From Candidatus Micrarchaeota archaeon (lineage in GTDB: Archaea; B1Sed10-29; B47-G15), in NCBI GenBank assembly GCA_003660975.1, contig QMVG01000002.1, positions 7,996-71,995 on the forward strand: DNA of 64,000 bases, given 5' to 3'. The notes under the pieces are model-generated. The model worked only from the letters and a program-made list of their open reading frames with translations, was not told where the DNA came from and did no database searches. Below are positions 43,235 through 55,481 of the stretch, piece after piece. Made by a program: the position numbers and the translations under genes. Each line of letters starts with the position of its first letter. Position 1 is the stretch's first letter.

Positions 43235-45238
43235 ATGAAATTGATTATAGCTGAAAAGGCCAGTGCAGCGCGTAGGATTGCGGAGATACTTGGCATTAAA
43301 AAAAGCGAGAAATATAAGGGCATTCCAATATATCATCTAAAAGACGCTGTTGTTATTCCTCTTAGAGGCCATATCGTTGATTTGGAATTTCCCAAGGAGT
43401 ATTCCAGTTGGACCAGAGTAAGTCTTTCATCTCTTCTCAAAGCGCCAATACTCTATAAACTGGCCAATAAGGACATAAGAGATGTTTTAAAAAAATATGC
43501 AAAAGATGCGGATATTCTTATAATAGCAACTGATTACGACAGAGAAGGAGAAAGCATAGGCAAAGAGGCAATAAACATAGTGAAAGAATTTAACCCAGGA
43601 ATAAAAGTAAAACGCGCCAAGTTTTCTGCTATAACTGAGAAAGATATTAAAGAGGCTTTTACACATCTCCAGGATTTTAATTACAAAATGGCCAATGCAG
43701 CAGATGCTCGCAGGGAAATAGACTTGTTGTGGGGGGCAATACTAACACGATATGTATCCTTAGCCTCTCAGCGCTTGGGAAAATCCTTTCTCTCTGTTGG
43801 CAGGGTTCAGACTCCCACCTTATCTCTCATAGTATCTAGGGAGGAGGAAATAAAAAGCTTCAAACCCAAGCCATATTGGCAGGTCAAGATTCGCTGCACA
43901 AAGAAAAAGAAGAGCTTTGATGCAGTATATCACAAAGAAAAGATTTTTGAGAAGTCAGAAGCAGATCGTTTATCTCTTTTAAAAGCTGACACTGCTAAGG
44001 TTCTTGCTGTTGAGAAGAAAAGGTTAAAGCAAGCAGCTCCTACCCCGTTCTCAACAAATGACTTTTTGAGAGCAGCAGCTTCTCTTGGCTTCAGCCCAAA
44101 AAGGGCCTTAGACATAGCGGAATCTCTTTATATTCAGGGATATATCTCATATCCAAGAACAGACAATACAGTGTATCCATCCACACTAAACCTAAGGGAG
44201 ATATTAAAAAAGCTTTCTAAATCCCCTGATTACAGAGCATATGCAGAAAAAGTTCTGTCTATGAAGAAACTCCAGCCTAGCAAAGGTAGGAAAAAAGCCA
44301 CAGACCACCCACCAATACACCCAGTGGATATTGCCAAGGGATTGAGTAAACAAGAGAAAAAGATTTATGACTTAATCGTAAGAAGATTTCTGGCCACCTT
44401 GTATCCTCCAGCAGAGTTGGAAAGCGTTTCAGTTAAGTTGGGCTACTGTGGTGAGTTCTTTCTTGCCTCTGGAAAGCGTTATGTTGAAAAAGCTTGGAAG
44501 GAAGTTTATACATTTGGCAAGGACAAGGAAGAGATACTTCCTCCTTTGCTGGAAGGTGAGGAAGTTAAAGTAAAGAAATTGATTGTGGAAGAGAAAGAAA
44601 CAAAGCCAAAACCAAGGTTTTCAGCATCTGCACTGTTAAAGCTTATGGAGGACCTAGGACTGGGGACCAAAAGCACCAGGGCTGAAATTATCCAGAAGCT
44701 CCAGAGCAGGGGTTATATATCTGGCGCCAAGGTTTTTGTACCATCAAAAATAGCTCATGCAGTTGTTGACATGCTCAGGAAATATGGTAGAAAAATAACA
44801 GAGGCATCTATGACTGCTGAGCTTGAAAAGGAAATAGATGACATAGAGAAGGGGAAAAAGAAGAAAGAGGAAGTGGTTAAAAATTCAAGTAAAATGCTTT
44901 CAGAAGTGCTAGAAGTCTTGGAGGACAATAAGTTCAGAGTAGCAGGCGACCTTCAAAAGGCATTGAAAGAAGACAGCGTGCTTGGAAAATGCCCAAAATG
45001 TGGAGGAGATTTACTTATAATAGAAACGAATAAAGGCACCCGTTTTGTCGGATGCTCTGGCTACAAAAACGGTTGTGATGTTTCCTATCCATTACCTGCC
45101 AAGGGAAAGATAGTGAACCTTCATAAGAAGTGTAATGTATGTGGTCTTCCCATGATAAGGGTTATCCGTGGCAGGCGATATTTTGATATGTGCATAAACC
45201 CAAATTGCCCCAGCAAAAAGGATTGGTCCAGCAAGTGA
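43235..45238 (+). CDS. topA: DNA topoisomerase I (type IA) with C-terminal zinc ribbons
   Basis: N-terminal Toprim (LIIAEKASAARRIAEIL...ATDYDREGE), catalytic Tyr context (GYISYPRTDN), and C-terminal CPKCGGDL...GCSGYKNGC...CNVCG...CINPNC zinc ribbons. Confidence 0.8.
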   Translation: MKLIIAEKASAARRIAEILGIKKSEKYKGIPIYHLKDAVVIPLRGHIVDLEFPKEYSSWTRVSLSSLLKAPILYKLANKDIRDVLKKYAKDADILIIATDYDREGESIGKEAINIVKEFNPGIKVKRAKFSAITEKDIKEAFTHLQDFNYKMANAADARREIDLLWGAILTRYVSLASQRLGKSFLSVGRVQTPTLSLIVSREEEIKSFKPKPYWQVKIRCTKKKKSFDAVYHKEKIFEKSEADRLSLLKADTAKVLAVEKKRLKQAAPTPFSTNDFLRAAASLGFSPKRALDIAESLYIQGYISYPRTDNTVYPSTLNLREILKKLSKSPDYRAYAEKVLSMKKLQPSKGRKKATDHPPIHPVDIAKGLSKQEKKIYDLIVRRFLATLYPPAELESVSVKLGYCGEFFLASGKRYVEKAWKEVYTFGKDKEEILPPLLEGEEVKVKKLIVEEKETKPKPRFSASALLKLMEDLGLGTKSTRAEIIQKLQSRGYISGAKVFVPSKIAHAVVDMLRKYGRKITEASMTAELEKEIDDIEKGKKKKEEVVKNSSKMLSEVLEVLEDNKFRVAGDLQKALKEDSVLGKCPKCGGDLLIIETNKGTRFVGCSGYKNGCDVSYPLPAKGKIVNLHKKCNVCGLPMIRVIRGRRYFDMCINPNCPSKKDWSSK

Positions 45239-45242
45239 TGAA

Positions 45243-46400
45243 ATGAAATTTGAAAAGCCCTTCATTGCACTTTTATTTTCAACATTTTTTCTTACAGCTG
45301 CATCATCAATTATTGCTCCAATAGAGTCGAGGTTTATACAAACCCTAAATGCAGACCCTGCCGTGATAGGCTTTACCCTGTCAATCCCTTCAATAGTGTT
45401 TATAATTATTTCTCCTTTAATTGGCAGGCTGTCTGTTAAGTACGGTCTTCGTAAGTTAACACTCTATTCTATCTGGTTTTCTGTTGTGATTCCCATAGTA
45501 TATGCGAGTAGCCAAAATATACTCCAATATATGGGGGCAAAGTTAGGTTATGGGCTTACTGCAGTGGTCTTCGGTCCAATTATGTATTCAATACTGCAAT
45601 ATTATATATCAGATAGAAAGGAAAGCAGAGGCCAGCTATCTGGCTTTTACTTCTCTGCCCAAGCCATAGGAGGAAGCTTAGCTTCTTTCATGGGAGGGTT
45701 TATAGCAGATAGCTTTTTTCTGGCTGCCCCATATTATGCGATGGCAGTTTTTACATTGCTTTCTGCTTTGTCTATGCATTTCGTCGATGTAAAAGAGAAA
45801 ATAGAAGTACCCAGATATCACAAACCATTCCAGCTCTTGAGATACTTAATAAAGGATAAAACCGTTCGTTTTACATTTATCTTTTCTTCTATGGCTAGTA
45901 TGCATTGGGGCATGAGGGCTGTAATATTTCCCCTATTTATTTTTTCTATGACAGGTGCAAACTTTTACACCGGTCTCTTGTACTCGTCAATGGGCTTGCT
46001 TGCTATGTTTACATTACCTATGGCAGGCCATTTACTAGACAAAAAGGGCATAAGAGTAAGCATCTATGCTATTGCAGTCCTCGCTATTTCTTCCCTTCTT
46101 ATGGCCTTCTCAAACAACTTTCTTTTTTTCTATTTATTTTCACTTCTTTATGTCATCGGAGAGGCATTTAACGGCACTACTCTTAGTTATGTTGATGTTA
46201 GTCATTTACCTGAACAAATACGCAAAGAACTAATTTCTTTGAGGGCCTCTCTCTTTGCGTTGGTCTCTTTTATTGCCCCTTTTCTTGCTGGCCTCGTTCT
46301 TAAATACAGCTCCTACCAAGTTGTATTGCTTTTATTTTCATCTTTTTTCTGGATATTGCTTTTTTACACCTTGTTTTTGTTTGGACGGGGAGAATTATAG
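45243..46400 (+). CDS. MFS transporter
   Basis: About 12 TM helices. Conserved MFS motif A-like GRLSVKYGLRK between TM2 and TM3. 385 aa. Confidence 0.55.
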   Translation: MKFEKPFIALLFSTFFLTAASSIIAPIESRFIQTLNADPAVIGFTLSIPSIVFIIISPLIGRLSVKYGLRKLTLYSIWFSVVIPIVYASSQNILQYMGAKLGYGLTAVVFGPIMYSILQYYISDRKESRGQLSGFYFSAQAIGGSLASFMGGFIADSFFLAAPYYAMAVFTLLSALSMHFVDVKEKIEVPRYHKPFQLLRYLIKDKTVRFTFIFSSMASMHWGMRAVIFPLFIFSMTGANFYTGLLYSSMGLLAMFTLPMAGHLLDKKGIRVSIYAIAVLAISSLLMAFSNNFLFFYLFSLLYVIGEAFNGTTLSYVDVSHLPEQIRKELISLRASLFALVSFIAPFLAGLVLKYSSYQVVLLLFSSFFWILLFYTLFLFGRGEL

Positions 46401-46431
46401 AAAACACTAACATAATCTTTAAAAATAGCCT

Positions 46432-47496
46432 ATGTCATTTAATACTCAGCTGGTGAGTGTCATGAATACCTCTCGTTTTAGGATTTTAGTTAAGCACCCT
46501 TTTCACGTGTTGAGGTTTGTGCTGAAAAAGGACATTCCCATATTCACACATATCTATGTGACAAGAAGATGTAATTTGCACTGTGCAAAATGTAGGGTAA
46601 TTGAGAGGAGAGGTTCAAGAGAGCTGAGCCTGGAAGAATGGAAGAAAGTAATGGACAGAATGAGTGAATGGGGAACGATAATACTTACTGTTCAGGGTGG
46701 GGAAGGAATGTTAAGGCCAGATATTTATGATATTCTATCTTATGCATCAAAGAAATTCTACACCACATTTTATACTAATGCAGTTTTATTGGATGAAGTA
46801 AAAATTAATAAGTTAATAAGCACAGGTATTGCAGGTATTGGTGTCTCTCTTGACTCTCTCTCTGCTGTGAAGGAAGCAAAGATGGGGAGAGGAGACATTG
46901 CAACTAAGAAAGTGATAGAGTTTCTAGAATACGTGAAAAATATAAAAAGGAAACCAAAGATTACAGTAAATACAGTAATAACACACCTTAACCTGTCAGA
47001 GATACCTGACCTGGCCAAGTTTGCCAATGAGCATGGTGCATTTTTCTCAGTGGCAGTTCTAGAGTCAACACCTGGAGACAGGTGGTGGTTCAGGAATTAT
47101 GCTCCTTTCCTGGAGATAAAAGAGAAAGATTATCCAGAGCTAGAGAGGGTTATCAATGAGCTAATTAGAATGAAGAAGAAGGGCTATAAAATCTCCAACG
47201 ATGTAAACCAATTGAAAAATGCCGTTCGTTATATCAAAAAAGAATACACTCCGCCCTGTAATGCAGCCAAGCTTTATTATTCTGTAAATGAAGACGGGCG
47301 TTTTATGGGCTGTCAGGACCTGGAACCTATACCTAAGAGGATTGATGAAATGCAGTCAATAAAGGAAGCCTGGCAATACAAAAAGATGATTAAGGACATT
47401 GAGACATGCCCAGGTTGCTACTATGGCTGTTATGTTTCTATAACTGATTTGGCCAGCAATCCTTTGAAGTTTTTGATAGGAGAAATTCTCCATTAG
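46432..47496 (+). CDS. Radical SAM protein with SPASM-like C-terminal Cys cluster
   Basis: THIYVTRRCNLHCAKC (CxxxCxxC) and GGEG, then a C-terminal CNAAKLYYSVNEDGRFMGC...CPGCYYGCY cluster typical of SPASM/twitch auxiliary clusters. Confidence 0.55.
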   Translation: MSFNTQLVSVMNTSRFRILVKHPFHVLRFVLKKDIPIFTHIYVTRRCNLHCAKCRVIERRGSRELSLEEWKKVMDRMSEWGTIILTVQGGEGMLRPDIYDILSYASKKFYTTFYTNAVLLDEVKINKLISTGIAGIGVSLDSLSAVKEAKMGRGDIATKKVIEFLEYVKNIKRKPKITVNTVITHLNLSEIPDLAKFANEHGAFFSVAVLESTPGDRWWFRNYAPFLEIKEKDYPELERVINELIRMKKKGYKISNDVNQLKNAVRYIKKEYTPPCNAAKLYYSVNEDGRFMGCQDLEPIPKRIDEMQSIKEAWQYKKMIKDIETCPGCYYGCYVSITDLASNPLKFLIGEILH

Positions 47497-47499
47497 AAG

Positions 47500-48642
47500 G
47501 TGTGGTATATGAAATTGGCTGTGATACAACCACACCTCCATGTATATGGCGGTGTAGAAAAGGTCATATTAGAAATCGCAAAGAATTTTGATGTCACTGT
47601 TTATACTTTGACATATAAGCCTGAATCTCTGTATCCTGAATTTGGTAACCTAGATATTAGAGTACTCAAACCCATGTGGCCAAGCGCTTTATTACCTAGC
47701 AACCGAATTTTCAACGCCCTCAAAGCTTCGTGGACTTTCTACAAAACAGAATTAGATGATTATGATATCATAAACCCCCATGGCAGTCCGGCAGAATGGA
47801 TAGCTAATAAAAATTCAAATGTTTTGTGGTACAATCATGGAATAATGCGTGAAGTTTTTGACATTTCTTCTTTTAGAAGGAAAGCATATAAACCACCAAC
47901 ACGCGTTGCACATTTTGTTTTCTCAAATATCTTCAAATTCATAGAGAAACACATGGTGAAAAATATAAGTTACACTTTAACAAACAGCAATTATTCAAAG
48001 ACCCTGCTTTGGAAATATTTAGGTATTGAAGCAGAGGTTTTGCACCCTGCAGTAGATTTAGGACATTTTAAACCGAAAGCCCACAGCAAATATTTCCTGG
48101 TTGTCTCTAGAATTGGGTATGAAAAGCGCCAGCATTATGCAATAGAAGCATTCAAGAAATTTATACAAAAGACTAAGAGAAAAGATTGGAAATTGATAAT
48201 TGCAGGAGGATATGGAGATGGAGGCAAAGCCCAAGAAGATTATTTTAATATGTTAAAAAGTATTGCACCAAAAAATGTACAGTTTATGTTAAACATAACT
48301 GAGCCAGAGAAGAGAAAATTGATTGAAAATTGTTATGCTTTGCTTTTCCCTTCAATGAATGAGCCATTCGGCATTGTTCCTTTAGAGGCCATGGCCGCTG
48401 GAAAAGTTGTTATCGTCATGAGGGACTGTGGAGGGCCATTGGATTACATGCAAGAAGGCAAGAACGGTTTTATTGCACCTTCAATAGAAGCAATGGCGGA
48501 TAGGATGAATTTTCTTGTTGAGCATAGAAAAATTAATGAGGAAATGGGCAAGTTTGCAAGAAAATACGTATTTAATAACTTCAAAACGCACGACTTTATA
48601 AGAGCTTTTAAGAAAGCCTGCCGTTTAGTTATGGGTGGGTAG
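47500..48642 (+). CDS. Glycosyltransferase family 4 (GT-B)
   Basis: C-terminal donor-binding signature (FPSMNEPFGIVPLEAMAAGKVVI) typical of GT4. Confidence 0.7.
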   Translation: MWYMKLAVIQPHLHVYGGVEKVILEIAKNFDVTVYTLTYKPESLYPEFGNLDIRVLKPMWPSALLPSNRIFNALKASWTFYKTELDDYDIINPHGSPAEWIANKNSNVLWYNHGIMREVFDISSFRRKAYKPPTRVAHFVFSNIFKFIEKHMVKNISYTLTNSNYSKTLLWKYLGIEAEVLHPAVDLGHFKPKAHSKYFLVVSRIGYEKRQHYAIEAFKKFIQKTKRKDWKLIIAGGYGDGGKAQEDYFNMLKSIAPKNVQFMLNITEPEKRKLIENCYALLFPSMNEPFGIVPLEAMAAGKVVIVMRDCGGPLDYMQEGKNGFIAPSIEAMADRMNFLVEHRKINEEMGKFARKYVFNNFKTHDFIRAFKKACRLVMGG

Positions 48643-49420
48643 CATGGAAATTGTGATAGACCCCAAGAAATCTATTAATGAAAATATATCTCACTATTAT
48701 GAAAAAGCGAAAAAGGCAAAGGCAAAGCTGAAAGGTCTTGAGAGAGCCATTGAAGAAACAAAAAGGCTGATTGCGATTGAAGAGGAAAAGGAAGCAGAAG
48801 CAAATGTTTTGCAAAAGAAAAAAGTTAGGAAAAAAGAATGGTATGAAAAATTTCACTGGTGCTTTACTAGGAACGGTCTTTTACTGCTTGCTGGAAAAGA
48901 TGCTAAAAGCAACCAGGTTTTGGTTTCAAGGCATATGGAGAAGGATGACTTGTACTTCCATGCAGATGTGCAGGGAGCACCTTCTGTATTGTTGAAGAAA
49001 GGCAGGAATGCAAAGCAAGAGGATATAGAAGACGCAGCAGTATTTGCAGCCTCATATTCAAGCGCTTGGAAAAAAGGAGCCAATGCTGTTGATGTGTATT
49101 ATGTTGGACCCTCACAGGTTAGCAGGTCTGCTCCATCTGGAGAATATTTGCCTAAGGGAGCTTTTATGATCAAAGGAAAGAAAAATTACATAAGAAATGT
49201 TCCTTTGCAGTTATGGGTTTCTTTCTTTGATGGTAAACTGCAAACCCTTCCATACAAGACAAATGAAAAAGCATTTCTAATAAAGCCAGGAGGCAGCAGC
49301 TCAAAACACGAAACTGCTAAAAAGTTGCTCAAGCTATTGAAAGAAGCGTTTCCAGATGCAGACATTGACATTGACTGGCTAATGCAGAGACTACCTAATG
49401 GAAACTCCATAGTTATGTGA
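48635..49420 (+). CDS. NFACT-R (DUF814) domain protein
   Basis: WYEKFHWCFTRNGLLLLAGKDAKSNQVLVSRHMEKDDLYFHADVQGAPSVLLKKG is the characteristic NFACT-R/DUF814 core, without the long NFACT-N domain. Confidence 0.5.
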   Translation: MGSMEIVIDPKKSINENISHYYEKAKKAKAKLKGLERAIEETKRLIAIEEEKEAEANVLQKKKVRKKEWYEKFHWCFTRNGLLLLAGKDAKSNQVLVSRHMEKDDLYFHADVQGAPSVLLKKGRNAKQEDIEDAAVFAASYSSAWKKGANAVDVYYVGPSQVSRSAPSGEYLPKGAFMIKGKKNYIRNVPLQLWVSFFDGKLQTLPYKTNEKAFLIKPGGSSSKHETAKKLLKLLKEAFPDADIDIDWLMQRLPNGNSIVM

Positions 49421-50519
49421 TAAATTCCTTTAGCCTTCTCACCGCGTTTTTCTTTTCCTTATCCCCTATTTTCGCCTTTTCTATGGCCTCCTCCAACACA
49501 GATATGCTTTTATCATATACTGCTTTATTAACTGGATAAGGAAAGCCGTCCTTACCGCCATGAGCAAAGGAATATTTTACTGGGTCCTTCCAACTAAGCT
49601 CTGCGCCGTATATCAGTTCAGAAATAAGCGCCAAAGCTCTGATTGTTTTTGGACCAAGCCCTCTTATCGCTATCAGCTCTTGGTAATTTTCAGGCTGCAA
49701 TTCATAAGCTTTGTATAAAACTTTCCATGCTCTTTTGCTCAAATCACTTTTTTTCACTTGGTGGTGCTTGGGCAACTTCAAATATTTCATAGAGGTCTGG
49801 CCGTTAAAGTATTTTTCTAAATGCACAGGATTGTCTTTAACAATGTCAACAGATACCTTTCTCGCCTCCTCGCTGTTCTTTGATGTCATGTCTAAAACAT
49901 TTCTCTTTTTGACATCTCCACATATCGCTGTGTGAGGTTCTATAACCAATGATTTTAAGCCCTCAGACAACCAATGATATCTTCTTGCATTGCCTGAAGC
50001 AGCCATCCCCTGCTGTATAACAGCCCAATTACCTGTTTCAGATATAAAAAATGAGTGTTGGTATAGCTGATAGCCATCTTGTATACAAGCATTGTCCACT
50101 TTAGCGACAATCCTGCTTGTTTTTACAAGTTCTTCATTCCCTGTTGTTTTTATTATCTCTTCAGGCGTTCTCCTAGAAGCTTTTCCTTTTCCCCCACAAA
50201 CCACAACACCATGTTCTTTCAGGGATAAAGACAGCTTCAAAGCAGCGCATAGTGTTGTGGTGCTTCCTGATGAGTGCCAGTCAAAACCCAGCACACAAGC
50301 AAAAGCTTGAAACCAGTAGGGATCTGATAACCTTTTTAACAACTCATTAGGGCCATAATCATCAACTATTATTTTACTTACTGTTCCACCCAATCTCTGC
50401 ATTCTCTCAAATAGCCATTTTGGTGCCTTCCCATAATGCAATGGCAGGTCAGCAATGCCAGTCCTCATGTAGCTCCCATAGAAAATTAAGAGGGATATAC
50501 TTATAAACGCACGCTGCAC
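49413..50519 (-). CDS. DUF763-like hypothetical protein
   Basis: 368 aa. Resembles the archaeal DUF763 family by general appearance (YGPNELLKRLSDPYWFQAFACVLGFDWHSSG). Low certainty. Confidence 0.4.
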   Translation of the reverse strand: MQRAFISISLLIFYGSYMRTGIADLPLHYGKAPKWLFERMQRLGGTVSKIIVDDYGPNELLKRLSDPYWFQAFACVLGFDWHSSGSTTTLCAALKLSLSLKEHGVVVCGGKGKASRRTPEEIIKTTGNEELVKTSRIVAKVDNACIQDGYQLYQHSFFISETGNWAVIQQGMAASGNARRYHWLSEGLKSLVIEPHTAICGDVKKRNVLDMTSKNSEEARKVSVDIVKDNPVHLEKYFNGQTSMKYLKLPKHHQVKKSDLSKRAWKVLYKAYELQPENYQELIAIRGLGPKTIRALALISELIYGAELSWKDPVKYSFAHGGKDGFPYPVNKAVYDKSISVLEEAIEKAKIGDKEKKNAVRRLKEFIT

Positions 50520-50533
50520 ATGGCGATTGTCCT

Positions 50534-51190
50534 TTATTCATCATCTACTATGCCACTGCCAACTATTCTAAAAAGAGCTTCCTCACCCTCTTTTTTAAAG
50601 AGGTGCTTCCTGAGTATTGCCTTCCTTCTCCCATCTCCACCATTTTTCTGCAGTTCTACTATTACCTTTGAGTCATACTTTACTGTATCTCCCCCAACAG
50701 GCTCAACTCTGCCAGAGTCAAAGTTTTCATATACTTGGTTAGTGACAAGAACAGGCACATCATAGGTTCTTGCATATTGCAGAAGGCTGTTCATCTGCTT
50801 ACCCATAAGCCTATTTATCTCTTTAACATTACTCTCATCTCTCTCCAACCTATACAAAGATGAGATGCTGTCTACAATTACAAAATCTGCTCTTTTGAGA
50901 TTTTTTATCACTTTATCCTGCTCTTCAAAGCTTGTAATTTCATATAAAATGGTGTTTTTAAGCACCTCTTCATAGCTCTTAGCAGCTATCTGCCTCAGTC
51001 TTTTCTCATTGAAGCTTCCTTCAGTGTCTATGAAAATGGCTTTTTTTCCTATTTTTACAGCATTGACGAGAGCTTGGAGGGCAATATTGGTTTTTCCACT
51101 GCCTGCAGGTCCATATATCTGGGTAAGCATCTTTTTTGCTATGCCTCCTCCAAGGAGTTGGTCCAATGCTCTGCAACCAATAGGAACCAT
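50534..51190 (-). CDS. radB: DNA repair/recombination protein RadB (RecA-family paralogue)
   Basis: MVPIGCRALDQLLGGGI...TQIYGPAGSGKTNIALQ is a RadA/RadB-type Walker A. Its short length (218 aa) and lack of an N-terminal HhH domain point to RadB. Confidence 0.75.
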   Translation of the reverse strand: MVPIGCRALDQLLGGGIAKKMLTQIYGPAGSGKTNIALQALVNAVKIGKKAIFIDTEGSFNEKRLRQIAAKSYEEVLKNTILYEITSFEEQDKVIKNLKRADFVIVDSISSLYRLERDESNVKEINRLMGKQMNSLLQYARTYDVPVLVTNQVYENFDSGRVEPVGGDTVKYDSKVIVELQKNGGDGRRKAILRKHLFKKEGEEALFRIVGSGIVDDE

Positions 51191-51433
51191 AAAGTTATTA
51201 TACCCTTAATTCTTTATACTGCTTGCGACGGTGACTGTATGGACAAAATACAAGCAGTAATACTGGGCGTTTTCGTTATACTTGTTCTGACAGGTCTTAT
51301 AGGTAGCTCCAGCTCTCCAACCTCTATTGAGCAGGAGATAACATTTATGAGCTTTGAAGAGTATCACCAAATGCAACATAGCGAGGCTATGGGCAATGTT
51401 CAGAGTGTTCAACCATTAGGTTTTAATTCATAA

Positions 51434-53617
<2,184 letters not shown>

Positions 53618-53618
53618 T

Positions 53619-54242
53619 CTAGAGTAAAGACCTTACCAGCTCTACTGTGCCTCCAAAGCCCAGCCAGAAATTGAACAGCAACATTGTGATAAAGACAACA
53701 GCCCAGACCTTGAAGCTCCATGCAGCTACTTTTGAGCCGTCAAGTGGAGGTATTGGCAGGAGGTTGAAGAGGCCTAAAAAGATATTTATGGTAAATCCCC
53801 AAGAGGCAAGTGTTTTAATGAAAGCGATCTGGGGAAGAAGGACATAAAGAAACACAAAAAGTATGGACAGCACAAAATTGGAAAAAGGCCCTGCTAAGCT
53901 TATAATGCCATCTTCTCTTCGCGTTAGATTTGCCTTGTAAATGTAAACAGCACCAGGCGCTGCGAATATAAACCTACCTCCTGTTATAACTGCCATCATA
54001 AGCGCAAAAACAAGCCCCATGGTCCATGCCTTGTAAAACGCATGACAGCCAAAATGGATAGCCACGAACCTATGAGATAACTCGTGGACAACAAAGCCAA
54101 GGCCAACTGCAAGAAATATTATTGGAATAAGCTGATAATTGCCAAAGTTTATGGCAAAAAGACTGAATGCTAATGAAATGGTGAAAAAAGACACAAACAA
54201 GTCAAAAATCTCTCCTCTGTAAAACAGCCCCATGGGAATCAA
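53619..54242 (-). CDS. Membrane metalloprotease, M50/site-2 protease-like
   Basis: Polytopic membrane protein with HELSH (HExxH) inside a TM helix (VVHELSHRFVAIHFG) and a later LDG motif. Confidence 0.55.
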   Translation of the reverse strand: MIPMGLFYRGEIFDLFVSFFTISLAFSLFAINFGNYQLIPIIFLAVGLGFVVHELSHRFVAIHFGCHAFYKAWTMGLVFALMMAVITGGRFIFAAPGAVYIYKANLTRREDGIISLAGPFSNFVLSILFVFLYVLLPQIAFIKTLASWGFTINIFLGLFNLLPIPPLDGSKVAAWSFKVWAVVFITMLLFNFWLGFGGTVELVRSLL

Positions 54243-54291
54243 GAAGATTACTCAGAAGATATAAAAAAGCTTTACCAATACGTTTAAAAAT

Positions 54292-55074
54292 TTGTCAGTT
54301 CACAATAGATGGGGGATCGCTATGAAATTTGTAAATGTATTTGTTGTACTTGTATCAGCCGTTGCAATTGTTATGCTTTCACTTTTAATCCATCCAGCGA
54401 ACAATGCAGTGGCGGCCCAAGAGGGGCAGATAACAGAGAGCTTTAATGTTTCTGTAACAGGAGAAGCCTCTGTATATCTCAACCCAAATAAGGTAATTGT
54501 TAATCTGGGAGTTGAAACGCTCTCAAAAACCGCAAAAGAGTCTCAGGAGAGAAACGCAGAAATAATGAACGACGTGCTTGCAGCTTTAGAGCAGGCAGGC
54601 ATAAGCAGGGAGCAGATAAAGACAACGCACTACAGCTTATATGCTGACTATGACTGGAGTAATGGAGATAGGGTATTCAAAGGCTATAAAACAAGGCATT
54701 ACATACAAGTGAGCTCTAAGAACATAGACAAGGCAGGAAGCATAGTTGACGCTGCCTCCTCAGCAGGGGCCAACTACATAGGAGACATACAATTTACATT
54801 AACAGATGAGGCTATGCTGGAAGCCAAGAAAGCTGCAATTGCCATAGCTACAAACAATTCCAAAGAAAAGGCAATGGCAATCGCCAGAACCTTCGGAAAT
54901 TACCGCATTGTGCCTGTGAAGCTGAGCCTTTCTTCATATAGCCCATATCCCATATACAAAGGTGCCATAGGAAACTATATGGAAAGCGAGAGGTCTGCCT
55001 CAACACAGATATATAGTGGAGACATACGTGTTTCAGCAACTGTTCAGGCCCTCTATAAGGCGATTCCCTCTTAA
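54292..55074 (+). CDS. SIMPL/DUF541-domain secreted protein
   Basis: N-terminal anchor, then a body consistent with the SIMPL family (ISREQIKTTHYSLYADYDW...GYKTRHYIQVSSKNIDKAG). 260 aa. The start is possibly at the internal MKFVNV. Confidence 0.55.
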   Translation: MSVHNRWGIAMKFVNVFVVLVSAVAIVMLSLLIHPANNAVAAQEGQITESFNVSVTGEASVYLNPNKVIVNLGVETLSKTAKESQERNAEIMNDVLAALEQAGISREQIKTTHYSLYADYDWSNGDRVFKGYKTRHYIQVSSKNIDKAGSIVDAASSAGANYIGDIQFTLTDEAMLEAKKAAIAIATNNSKEKAMAIARTFGNYRIVPVKLSLSSYSPYPIYKGAIGNYMESERSASTQIYSGDIRVSATVQALYKAIPS

Positions 55075-55134
55075 CTCTTTTTAACCTTTTCTTGTTGGGA
55101 AACAGTTTTAAGCCCTGTTTTTTCAAAGACAGTT

Positions 55135-55314
55135 ATGGACAATAGGGCCCAAATTTCTATAGAGATGCTCCTCGTGGCAGGGGCTTTGTTCGCCGTGGCA
55201 GTTCTTGTTGTCAGCAGCCTGACGCAGAGTTCAAAAGAAGCAAGTGATAAGATGAGCGCCAAGGTAAGCGAGGTTTTGGAGAAAATTGACAAGATGACAG
55301 AAGGTGCTTCCTAA
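55135..55314 (+). CDS. Minor pilin-like protein (59 aa, class III signal peptide)
   Basis: Not in the ORF track. Sequence MDNRAQISIEMLLVAGALFAVAVLVVSSL..., stop TAA overlapping the next ATG (TAATG). Confidence 0.5.
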   Translation: MDNRAQISIEMLLVAGALFAVAVLVVSSLTQSSKEASDKMSAKVSEVLEKIDKMTEGAS

Positions 55315-55481
55315 TGGACGATAAAGCGCAGATTAGCCTTGAAATGCTCTTGTTGGCAGCTGCGTTGATAGCTGTGGCTGTCTTGTTTCTGAGCGGTGTT
55401 AGGACTTCTTCAAAGTCATTCCAATCAAAGATGACTGCCAACAGCAAGCAGGCCCTGTCAAAATTGGGGCAAATCAAATGA
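55314..55481 (+). CDS. Minor pilin-like protein (55 aa, class III signal peptide)
   Basis: Not in the ORF track. Sequence MDDKAQISLEMLLLAAALIAVAVLFLSG... It is a tandem paralogue of the upstream gene. Its stop overlaps the next ATG (ATGA). Confidence 0.5.
   Translation: MDDKAQISLEMLLLAAALIAVAVLFLSGVRTSSKSFQSKMTANSKQALSKLGQIK

Noticed and set aside
48771-49115. Several overlapping 70 to 76 aa ORFs on both strands within the NFACT-R gene
   Set aside because: They are contained within a longer ORF with a recognisable domain. They have no motifs and have biased composition.
51074-51433. 119-aa plus-strand ORF overlapping the radB 5' end
   Set aside because: The first 55 codons overlap radB on the opposite strand. 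Only the distal 64 codons (from ATG 51239, MDKIQAVILGVFVIL...) could be a small membrane protein, and even that is weakly supported.
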